A stretch of DNA of 64,000 bases from a virus, in IMG/VR virus record IMGVR_UViG_3300031578_000001; one strand, 5' to 3'. The notes beneath the pieces are model-generated. The model searched no databases. It saw only the letters and a program-made list of their open reading frames with translations, and was not told where the DNA came from. Shown here one piece after another: positions 1 through 7,282 of the stretch (positions are counted from its first letter, which is position 1; the number at the start of each line of letters is the position of its first letter). The translations under genes were made by a program, and so were the position numbers.

Positions 1-10
1 GAATCGAAAC

Positions 11-229
11 ATGCAGCGGCGGATTCAGGTGGCGGGGGTCACGGTTGCCGGACCGTGGGAAGTGGCCCGAGCTGTGGTGTATCCGCTGTGGCAGCTTTCA
101 TCCGGGTACGCCTTCATCACCGTGGCGACCCCCGGAACGAGAACGATTGTCGTCCAGGTGATGCCTGCGAACGTCGCTGACACGGCCTACATTCAGTTCA
201 GCCGTCTCGAAATCATAAGGGTGACCTAA
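11..229 (+). CDS. hypothetical protein, probably the 3' end of a gene starting before the window
   Basis: The frame is open from the window edge and ends TAA two nt before the next ATG; the C-terminus looks like a beta-strand virion domain. Confidence 0.5.
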   Translation: MQRRIQVAGVTVAGPWEVARAVVYPLWQLSSGYAFITVATPGTRTIVVQVMPANVADTAYIQFSRLEIIRVT

Positions 230-230
230 C

Positions 231-1088
231 ATGGCGCAGTACGACTATTCGATCAATGACGACTTCCCGAACCACAAGGTGGCTCCGAGCCGCTTGCAGC
301 AGGAGATCCATGAGAAGTCCGAGATCCTGGTTGCTCTCGACGTCCCTTCCATCCTGACTGGCGGCGACCTCTGCCGGATCATGTTCAAGGCTGACCTTCC
401 GGCAGAGCAGCAGACGGCCCTGAATGCGGTAGTGGCGGCTCACAGTGGGGAGCCGCTGCCGAACAGTACTTGTCCGAACGTGAAGATCGTCGATACGGAC
501 ACTCTCGATCCGGACACGGCGGTGAGCTGCACCGAGGACGTCAAGGTCGACGTCGTGACGGGACAGAGCATATCCTCGAAGGATATCTCCTTTCCGTTCG
601 ACGTGAACATCATCGCCGCCGAGTACTACGTCGAACTCGTCGAGTCTGACGATAAGGACTACTTCGAAGCGTGGGGAATCGCTCAAGGAGATCCTGCGAT
701 CGGGGGTCTCACGGCCCCGGCCGCTCAGGATGACACGGTCATCAATGTGAGCTCCACCGTGTTCCAGTATATCCGTCCCGGCTTCTACGTGGAGTTCCAG
801 GACCAGGCCGGCGGGATCTACCGCGTGGACTCCATGGACTCAGGGGCCGGGACGATCACGCTGAACACCGGTCTCGAAGCGGCCGTGGCGGCGGGTAAGA
901 CGATCCATATCCGTCGTCCGTTCGTCCCGAAGAAATTCGTGAAGCAGAAGGCGATCCGCCGGATCGGGGATCTCTCTTCCGGGTCGAGCCCGCTCAACGC
1001 CGGAGATATCCTGCGGATCCACTACCACCACTACAACATGCCGACGATCGACGACTGGATGGCGTTCACGATCATCTATCTGTTCTGA
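231..1088 (+). CDS. putative virion structural protein (285 aa)
   Basis: Clean ORF with typical codon bias, tightly packed among appendage genes; no catalytic motif seen. Confidence 0.6.
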   Translation: MAQYDYSINDDFPNHKVAPSRLQQEIHEKSEILVALDVPSILTGGDLCRIMFKADLPAEQQTALNAVVAAHSGEPLPNSTCPNVKIVDTDTLDPDTAVSCTEDVKVDVVTGQSISSKDISFPFDVNIIAAEYYVELVESDDKDYFEAWGIAQGDPAIGGLTAPAAQDDTVINVSSTVFQYIRPGFYVEFQDQAGGIYRVDSMDSGAGTITLNTGLEAAVAAGKTIHIRRPFVPKKFVKQKAIRRIGDLSSGSSPLNAGDILRIHYHHYNMPTIDDWMAFTIIYLF

Positions 1089-1095
1089 GAATGAG

Positions 1096-2721
1096 ATGGT
1101 ACTCGATCCGAGACAGACCAGAAGGACGGATGTCCTCGATTCGGTGAGACCATGGGCCTCTGGATTCCCAGGAGAGCTCCGAAGAGATCCCTACACGGGA
1201 AACATCTACTCGTCCGCGGATACGAACCGCTGGCTTCCCGTGTGGACTACGGATAAGGATGTGATTCTACATGTCAACCCGTCCATCGGAGACGATGCCA
1301 ACGACGGCGACGTAGGATCTCCTCTCGAGACGATTCAGGAGGCTCTCGATAGAATTCCACCGACCGTTTGTCATTTCGTGATCATCGATCTCCAGGACAA
1401 TGGAGGAATCCAGACCTTCGATGAGCAGGTCTTCGTCAGAGACTTCCAGATCCAGGCGGGTGGAATCAAGATCCTCGGGAAAACACAGATCGCCACGCTG
1501 GCCCAAGGTTCGACCACGGTCACCCCGAACGCCGGTAACACTGGAACGAACAAGTTTCTGACGATCACTCCGAGCCCGAACTGGCTCGCGAACGACCTCG
1601 TGGGCAGGTTCTTTGAGATCACCACCGGCACCCATGCAGGGTCTTTCGTCTCGATCATTGGGAATACCGCGGACACACTCGAGCTCGGATCCGTGCCGTT
1701 CACGTTCTATGGGTCGTACGATAATACGGACGGGGGAGATATTCTCGACATCTCCACCATCATCAAACAGGCGAGCCAACTCTATGTAATCCCGACCATG
1801 GAGATTAGCAACATAATGCTGTCCGAGGACATATCTGTCGATTCGGGGTTGGTCTTCGAGCGTGTTCATATTGCCGGCGACAATGATGTAAGAGCCTCCG
1901 TCTTCATGCACGGAAACGTGAGCGTCGAATTCAACGAGAGTCGCATTGACGATTACATGTCAGCGACGACTGGTGTTCTTCAGATGACGATGCGGGATAG
2001 TCTGATTTGGGCCACGAAGGATAATCCGTATCAAGCCGAACTTTTCTCCTCGACATCTTCTTTCGACGGCGGAGTCGCTTTTCTCTTCTGCGGATTCATA
2101 GGTGGCATCCTGGTCAGCGAGTGGGGGAGTCCGCAAGTCCAGATCATCCAATCGAACTTCAAGGTGGATCCGATTACCCCGGCTAACATGCCCGACAGAT
2201 TCATCCGGGCGGCGGGAGGTATTCTCGTTCTTTCAATGTGCTCCCTTGATGGAGAGGGATCGATCATTCCGATCGAGATCAGAGGAGGGTCGAAGGCCGA
2301 GCTCAGGATTCAACACGGAGTGGAACTCCTCAATTCACCGACGTCAGGAATTATGACGAACAAGTTGTCCCTGGGTCACGCCCACATCAGGATAGACGAG
2401 TTGGCGAACGGGGGATCTAATCCGTACTCGCAGATCGACGGGAACGCTGAGTACGGAATTGATGTATCCGGGCCGCATATCATCGATTTTTACAAACCCA
2501 CTTTCGGATCGAACGGGATCGCTGGAATGAGGTTAAGGTACGGAGCCGTGGGCAAGTTCAGCGGAGCCTTCGGCAGTGAACCGCTGCTTTACGGTCCTGG
2601 CGGAGCCGGTGTGGACGAGATAGATTTCGACAACCAGGTGGGACCTGTTTTCATAAACTTCGACGATGCCGACACTGTCGGCCTTCAGTCCCTGTGCCAG
2701 TACATTCAGAACGGTCAGTAG
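1096..2721 (+). CDS. tail fibre/spike-like protein with right-handed beta-helix (541 aa)
   Basis: N-terminal LHVNPSIGDDANDG..SPLETIQEALDRIP motif typical of beta-helix (pectin-lyase-like) proteins, followed by G/N/I-rich repeating strands. Confidence 0.6.
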   Translation: MVLDPRQTRRTDVLDSVRPWASGFPGELRRDPYTGNIYSSADTNRWLPVWTTDKDVILHVNPSIGDDANDGDVGSPLETIQEALDRIPPTVCHFVIIDLQDNGGIQTFDEQVFVRDFQIQAGGIKILGKTQIATLAQGSTTVTPNAGNTGTNKFLTITPSPNWLANDLVGRFFEITTGTHAGSFVSIIGNTADTLELGSVPFTFYGSYDNTDGGDILDISTIIKQASQLYVIPTMEISNIMLSEDISVDSGLVFERVHIAGDNDVRASVFMHGNVSVEFNESRIDDYMSATTGVLQMTMRDSLIWATKDNPYQAELFSSTSSFDGGVAFLFCGFIGGILVSEWGSPQVQIIQSNFKVDPITPANMPDRFIRAAGGILVLSMCSLDGEGSIIPIEIRGGSKAELRIQHGVELLNSPTSGIMTNKLSLGHAHIRIDELANGGSNPYSQIDGNAEYGIDVSGPHIIDFYKPTFGSNGIAGMRLRYGAVGKFSGAFGSEPLLYGPGGAGVDEIDFDNQVGPVFINFDDADTVGLQSLCQYIQNGQ

Positions 2722-2722
2722 C

Positions 2723-2941
2723 ATGAGACTTGAACTCGACAAGGTATATGTGATCTTCCTCGCCGAGGTGGGAGCCGCCGGTGCGAAGGGGATCAGAAAT
2801 GTGTTCAGAGACATAGAGGCCGGAAAGATTCCTCCTCAGATGGGAGGAAGGATCATCGATAAACTGATCGTAGACTACGCGATCGTAGGAGACGATCTTA
2901 CCTTCATCGAGAATCTGAAGGCTACCATCACCGCAGGTTAG
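2723..2941 (+). CDS. hypothetical protein (72 aa)
   Basis: ATG at 2723 one nt after the upstream TAG; ends one nt before the next ATG (MRLELDKVYV...). Confidence 0.6.
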   Translation: MRLELDKVYVIFLAEVGAAGAKGIRNVFRDIEAGKIPPQMGGRIIDKLIVDYAIVGDDLTFIENLKATITAG

Positions 2942-2942
2942 C

Positions 2943-4277
2943 ATGGCGACTATCAAAGAGATCATTGCCGGGACCATAGGAATCGAGGACGGCGGTAAGA
3001 TCTTCCTCGACACCAAAAGGACCGTGTATCTCTACATGGCGAAGGACGGTGAGATGCACATCGTTTCTCCGTCTATAGGAGACCGGCAGGTCGGGGATCT
3101 GTATGAGAAATACACTGGCGATTCCTACTACGTGAAGCCTGGTGATCGTAGGGCCTACAGCACGATCGCTGATGCCGTCAAAGCCATCGAGGACGGTGCG
3201 GCCGTCAACGAGACCGGAGTCATCGAACTGGCACCAGGTGTACGTCATGTCATCGACGAAGTTCTTGAGATCCAGCCGAACAGAAGTTTATCGTTCATCT
3301 CCAAAGGGAGGGCCGAGATTCTCGGCTCGATTTCGCTGGGTGTGAGGTCCGGCGTAAACGGGCGAGGCGTGTTCTCGCTGTGCGGCGTCAACATCCTGGG
3401 AGACGTCATCGGGAGAGATCGTTGGGAAGTGAGGATGGACGATTGCGGGATTGCCGGGATCGTTGGCCAGGAGAACGGAAACGAAGGCGCCGGGTGCTCG
3501 ACGATTCTGAGCGGATGCCGCACCCTCACCCATCCAATGACGGGAAAATCACTTGCGTTTCGGCAGTCAGGAGTCACAGGAGAGTCCAGTCTCGTTCTGT
3601 CTCATTGCGCTTTCCGATGGGACAGAATCAGAGATCCTGTTTTCAGGTTCGGAACTGATGAGTGCGTTGTGCACGTGTTCAACTCCTCCTTCGACCTGGA
3701 CCTTGACGTGCCATCGTTCAAGTTCATAGAGGTCCCGCATCCGGACTACAATCCTTCGATTTTTCTCGAGATCTGGAATACGTTCGTATCAGCACGGTCG
3801 AGAGAACCTTCCGTTTTCGGTGTCCTCGATGGGTCAGGAGCCGAGCAACTTGAAGGACATGGATTCGTGATCGAGGCCATGGATCCTTCCATGGATGTGG
3901 TTCTGGAACCAGGAACCTGGTTCAGATCGGAAGACATCCGCGGTGTCTCGGTCATAGGCAACCTCATGAAATCCGATAATCCGAGCCGGTCCGTACTCAA
4001 CAAGATCCTCGTGCCATCGGTCAACGACCGGAACATGAGGAGATCGATGACTCGCAAGGAGATCACCGATCTTGATCTTGCCATCGCCTCGGGAGGCAGC
4101 GATCTTTTGGACCACTTCGGTAAGATATACGACGACTCAGTATCTCGTCTCGCAGTTAAGAGACTCGAGTTGAGAAGGCAGAGAATCGAATCGCAGAGGG
4201 GCACGATCAGAAACGAGATTCATAAACTCGTCTTCAGAAAGGTCGGAGCCCTCGCGTATAAAAAAGCCATGTCGTAA
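2943..4277 (+). CDS. beta-helix tail/appendage protein (444 aa)
   Basis: YVKPGDRRAYSTIADAVKAI..VIELAPG motif that precedes pectin-lyase-like beta-helices; helical C-terminal segment. Confidence 0.55.
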   Translation: MATIKEIIAGTIGIEDGGKIFLDTKRTVYLYMAKDGEMHIVSPSIGDRQVGDLYEKYTGDSYYVKPGDRRAYSTIADAVKAIEDGAAVNETGVIELAPGVRHVIDEVLEIQPNRSLSFISKGRAEILGSISLGVRSGVNGRGVFSLCGVNILGDVIGRDRWEVRMDDCGIAGIVGQENGNEGAGCSTILSGCRTLTHPMTGKSLAFRQSGVTGESSLVLSHCAFRWDRIRDPVFRFGTDECVVHVFNSSFDLDLDVPSFKFIEVPHPDYNPSIFLEIWNTFVSARSREPSVFGVLDGSGAEQLEGHGFVIEAMDPSMDVVLEPGTWFRSEDIRGVSVIGNLMKSDNPSRSVLNKILVPSVNDRNMRRSMTRKEITDLDLAIASGGSDLLDHFGKIYDDSVSRLAVKRLELRRQRIESQRGTIRNEIHKLVFRKVGALAYKKAMS

Positions 4278-4308
4278 TGGTGCCCTGGGTTTCATGAGGT
4301 CGAGAGAG

Positions 4309-4911
4309 ATGGAACTCTACGATCATGGAGAGCTGGAGAAGGAGTTGGATAAGGCTCTGGACCTACTTGAGAATAGCGTCCAGGAGTTCTCTGCACAACA
4401 GAGGATGACCAGGATCGAGGTGGACCGATATGCCGAACGACTCAACGGAGAATCAGACGCCAAAGCCCTTGGAGCGTGCAACAGAGAGGACGGATTACTT
4501 GAACCGTCTTCTCGATCTCGTGGACAGGTGGCGGGCGGAAATCACACAGACAACAGCAAGCATCCAGTCAATGACGAACTTCATGGACCAGATTTCGTCA
4601 TGCCAGAGGGAGATCAAGACGAAGATCTCGAAGATCGAGACGAACAGCGAAAGGATTGCGAAAGTGACGGAGAGGAGGAGCGGGATTATGGGTGCATTGG
4701 ATTGGGCCTTGGACAAGGCTCAGAACCAGACGAAAGCCTTCCTCTTGGTGCTGATGGCAGTGGTCGCTCTGGCGGTGTTGGGTGCGACACTCGGGTGGGA
4801 TATCCCAAGACTGCTTGTCAAATGAACACATTGAGTGCCATTGTCTGGGTCATGGTCGTCTTGATCGTCGTGTTCGGGGCGAGCAGTGTTGTCCGGCTGG
4901 TTTTGAAATAG
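4309..4911 (+). CDS. possible protein with helical N-terminus and C-terminal TM, fully overlapping 4430-4825
   Basis: GAGAGAG before ATG 4309 and a natural-looking N-terminus (MELYDHGELEKELDKALDLL); the middle may be a shadow frame. Confidence 0.3.
   Translation: MELYDHGELEKELDKALDLLENSVQEFSAQQRMTRIEVDRYAERLNGESDAKALGACNREDGLLEPSSRSRGQVAGGNHTDNSKHPVNDELHGPDFVMPEGDQDEDLEDRDEQRKDCESDGEEERDYGCIGLGLGQGSEPDESLPLGADGSGRSGGVGCDTRVGYPKTACQMNTLSAIVWVMVVLIVVFGASSVVRLVLK
4430..4825 (+). CDS. coiled-coil protein with C-terminal transmembrane helix (holin/XhlA-like topology)
   Basis: RBS GAGGTGG; heptad-like region followed by AFLLVLMAVVALAVLGATLGW. Confidence 0.7.
   Translation: MPNDSTENQTPKPLERATERTDYLNRLLDLVDRWRAEITQTTASIQSMTNFMDQISSCQREIKTKISKIETNSERIAKVTERRSGIMGALDWALDKAQNQTKAFLLVLMAVVALAVLGATLGWDIPRLLVK
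4822..4911 (+). CDS. 29-aa single-TM micropeptide
   Basis: ATGA overlap with the upstream stop; MNTLSAIVWVMVVLIVVFGASSVVRLVLK. Confidence 0.45.
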   Translation: MNTLSAIVWVMVVLIVVFGASSVVRLVLK

Positions 4912-4921
4912 GGAAGGTGAG

Positions 4922-5128
4922 ATGAGCGATCCGTTGGTGGACTTCAAGGTGGTGAAGAGGACGGAGAGTTCGGTGGTTGTAGAGATCAATGGTTCTTTAA
5001 TGGAGATTCCTGTATGCCGATCAACTTCGTCTTCACAAGAAACGACAAGTCCTTTATCAGCCGGGCCATCATATGGTTCGAGCAACGAAGGACTCAGAAA
5101 GAAAGACGCACTTCTCACGGCCTCCTGA
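4922..5128 (+). CDS. hypothetical protein (68 aa)
   Basis: RBS GGAAGGTGAG; the first ~31 aa look natural and the tail overlaps the next gene. Confidence 0.4.
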   Translation: MSDPLVDFKVVKRTESSVVVEINGSLMEIPVCRSTSSSQETTSPLSAGPSYGSSNEGLRKKDALLTAS

Positions 5129-5613
5129 AGTTCTGGCCCTCGGGTCCGATCTTCAGGGAGAACTTTCTTTCCTTCGAGGCCATGGAACGCGGCGTCTGGA
5201 TGAGCATCTACGAGAAGTCCATCGGCCAGCAGACGGTCGTGGCTGATTTCGAGATAGATCTACCGGACCACATCGCCGATGAGGTCGCCAGGATCGCGAT
5301 CAAACGCTACAGCGACTGGTACTACGACTTCGAGGGTGTAGCCTCCAACGCCGTGTGGATCCTGATGAAGCGGTGGTTCGGAACGCTGATCCGTTGGTTC
5401 AACTTCACCTGGAAGTTCGAGGTGGAGCAGGGCCAGTTGTTCTGTACGGGTCTCCTCTACGAAATCGCCAAGGTCGCCCAGGAGAAGGATCCGAGCGGCC
5501 GTGAGTGGGTGGGGGACATCAAGAACGCCGAGGAGGCTACGCCCAGGCGCCTCATCGACGTCTGCTTCGGGAATCCGTGCTACAGGTGGAAGGGAGGATC
5601 GGCGAAGCCGTGA
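5014..5613 (+). CDS. permuted papain-like amidase (YiiX/YebB, peptidase C92-like)
   Basis: His (TSHGLL) precedes FEAMERGV, YYDF and the catalytic Cys in LFCTGLL; His-before-Cys order is diagnostic of permuted NlpC/P60. Confidence 0.7.
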   Translation: MPINFVFTRNDKSFISRAIIWFEQRRTQKERRTSHGLLKFWPSGPIFRENFLSFEAMERGVWMSIYEKSIGQQTVVADFEIDLPDHIADEVARIAIKRYSDWYYDFEGVASNAVWILMKRWFGTLIRWFNFTWKFEVEQGQLFCTGLLYEIAKVAQEKDPSGREWVGDIKNAEEATPRRLIDVCFGNPCYRWKGGSAKP

Positions 5614-6068
5614 TTTCTTTTTACGCAGCATTCGTTGACGAACTGGACAAGATCTCCGGTATGCCTGTTGTCGGGCCACCTGGACAGGTTCCGGTTCCAC
5701 ACCCTGCCGGTGGGATCACGTATGCACCGATCGGCGAAGTGCGTCGGGTATCGAGGACACGCCCTGGGAGTACGGGATTCGTTCCGATAAAGAAGATCGC
5801 CAGTCCGGGCGCTCCCAAGGGCCATCCGGACTGGAAGACTTTCAAGAAGCACAGGACTCCTCTCACGCCCGAGGAGCGCAAAGCAGTCATGGACGCCAAG
5901 GCTGTCTGGCATCACGGTAAGCGTGGAGCGCCGACACCGGCTGTCAGCAAAGCGGTCATCGACGGCAAGACCTGGTTCGAGACGCACACTCATCGTGCCC
6001 TCAATTACGCCAAGTCGGTGAAGGGAGCCATCGGCCGCTTCCATAAGTTCATAGAGGGGACAGCATGA
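5610..6068 (+). CDS. putative internal head protein with AFxDELxKI leader (152 aa)
   Basis: GTGA overlap with the upstream stop; starts MISFYAAFVDELDKIS; His-rich C-terminal domain. Confidence 0.65.
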   Translation: MISFYAAFVDELDKISGMPVVGPPGQVPVPHPAGGITYAPIGEVRRVSRTRPGSTGFVPIKKIASPGAPKGHPDWKTFKKHRTPLTPEERKAVMDAKAVWHHGKRGAPTPAVSKAVIDGKTWFETHTHRALNYAKSVKGAIGRFHKFIEGTA

Positions 6069-6190
6069 AGCTCCCAGGATACGACGGCCCAAACCCTCCC
6101 GAGAAGATGAAGGACATCATCGCTTGGGAGAAGGCTCTTGCCGAACTGATGAAGAAGATCACATTCGTGAAGGATGGAGAGGGGTCATGA
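6065..6190 (+). CDS. hypothetical micro-protein (41 aa)
   Basis: ATGA overlaps at both ends; MKLPGYDGPNPPEKMKDIIAWEKALAELMKKITFVKDGEGS. Confidence 0.55.
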   Translation: MKLPGYDGPNPPEKMKDIIAWEKALAELMKKITFVKDGEGS

Positions 6191-6414
6191 GCATCTATAG
6201 CGCCTTCCTCGATGAGGTGATCAAGATCGCGGAGGGAAAGCCCAAGCCGGGCCAGCAGGGCCTCCTGGGCACGTCCACGGTACCCGATCCGAAGAAGGCA
6301 TCCGGCCAAACGGCGGCGATCGTAGGTCCTAAGGGAGGCCTGAACTTCACCAAGGATCTCGGGAAGATGCTGACCGCGAACCGTGCCGGGAAGCGCATCA
6401 TGTGGGGAGGGTAG
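6187..6414 (+). CDS. putative internal head protein with AFxDExxKIA leader (75 aa)
   Basis: ATGA overlap and RBS GGAGAGGGG; starts MSIYSAFLDEVIKIAE. Confidence 0.65.
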   Translation: MSIYSAFLDEVIKIAEGKPKPGQQGLLGTSTVPDPKKASGQTAAIVGPKGGLNFTKDLGKMLTANRAGKRIMWGG

Positions 6415-6442
6415 TTGCTTCTCAAACTCTATGGCTTATAAC
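6415..6442 (+). promoter_or_regulatory. candidate sigma70-like promoter upstream of the basic protein/RNAP operon
   Basis: TTGCTT-N16-TATAAC in the only AT-rich intergenic gap of this region. Confidence 0.4.
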
Positions 6443-6467
6443 TTCTTAGGGAAAGACCAGGTGGGTC

Positions 6468-7028
6468 ATGAAGAATAACAGGACGAAACTGAACGAATCC
6501 CAGACGAAGATCCTGTTGAGGAACCTCGGAGATCCGAGCCTGATCGCAGGCAAACTCGACATCTTCACCAGTGAGGAGACCCATTCGATCATCGAACTTG
6601 ATATCTCCAAGAAGACGCACATTCTGGTCTACGAGACGCTGAAAAATGACCACGAGAAATTTGAGGTGCTCCAGGAGAAGGATTTCGGCGGGACCGGATC
6701 GTACGTCAGAATCCGCTACGTAAGGAAGGGGATATGGACGCTCGACTTACCTCCCGATTTGGCGAATCCTTCCTCGATGAAATCCTCCCGATCTTCGAAA
6801 AAGAAGGAGGAGGAGAAGAAGGAAGGGGAAGCTCCGATCATAGGGTTCGGAGCTGCGGTTTCGAAGCCGAAGCCTGCCAAGAAGAAGATACCAGCCAAGA
6901 AAAAGAAGGCTCCAGTCAAGAAGAAAGCCCCGGCGAAACGGAAGGCTCCGGCCAAGAAAAAGTCGCCCGTAAGAAAGAAAAAGGCGGTTCCTCGGAAACG
7001 CTCCTCGCGATCCTCGGGAGCGCGATAG
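6468..7028 (+). CDS. protein with histone H1-like Lys/Ala/Pro tail (186 aa)
   Basis: C-terminal KPKPAKKKIPAKKKKAPVKKKAPAKRKAPAKKKSPVRKKK repeats. Confidence 0.75.
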   Translation: MKNNRTKLNESQTKILLRNLGDPSLIAGKLDIFTSEETHSIIELDISKKTHILVYETLKNDHEKFEVLQEKDFGGTGSYVRIRYVRKGIWTLDLPPDLANPSSMKSSRSSKKKEEEKKEGEAPIIGFGAAVSKPKPAKKKIPAKKKKAPVKKKAPAKRKAPAKKKSPVRKKKAVPRKRSSRSSGAR

Positions 7029-7282
7029 GGGCCGGTGCAGGAGGCGCCTCCCACATATCGAAATTCCTGAAGCAGCGCAAAGAGTGGCTCTCCGGCAGAA
7101 AAGATCCTCCCATCCATCCGAAGAGCAAGAAACTCTGGGACGTTCTCAGGAAACCCTCCTTCGTCACGCCTCATATGATCAGGAGGATCGGCGGTGGGGC
7201 TGCGCTCGGTTACATTACCGCAGCGAGTCTCCCAGGAATCGCCAGGCGCCTTCGTGTGCTTCTCAAGAAGGACCGTAAATGA
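6734..7282 (+). CDS. putative internal virion protein with glycine-zipper-like segments, overlapping the upstream gene by 295 nt
   Basis: Strong RBS GGAAGGGG; SFLDEILPIFEKEG leader-like motif; C-terminal LLAILGSAIGAGAGG and IGGGAALGY; ATGA-coupled to RNAP. Confidence 0.6.
   Translation: MDARLTSRFGESFLDEILPIFEKEGGGEEGRGSSDHRVRSCGFEAEACQEEDTSQEKEGSSQEESPGETEGSGQEKVARKKEKGGSSETLLAILGSAIGAGAGGASHISKFLKQRKEWLSGRKDPPIHPKSKKLWDVLRKPSFVTPHMIRRIGGGAALGYITAASLPGIARRLRVLLKKDRK

Noticed and set aside
4922-5030. Frameshift fusion of the 4922 ORF with the amidase
   Set aside because: The amidase has its own GGAG RBS and a natural N-terminus, and no slippery site was seen.
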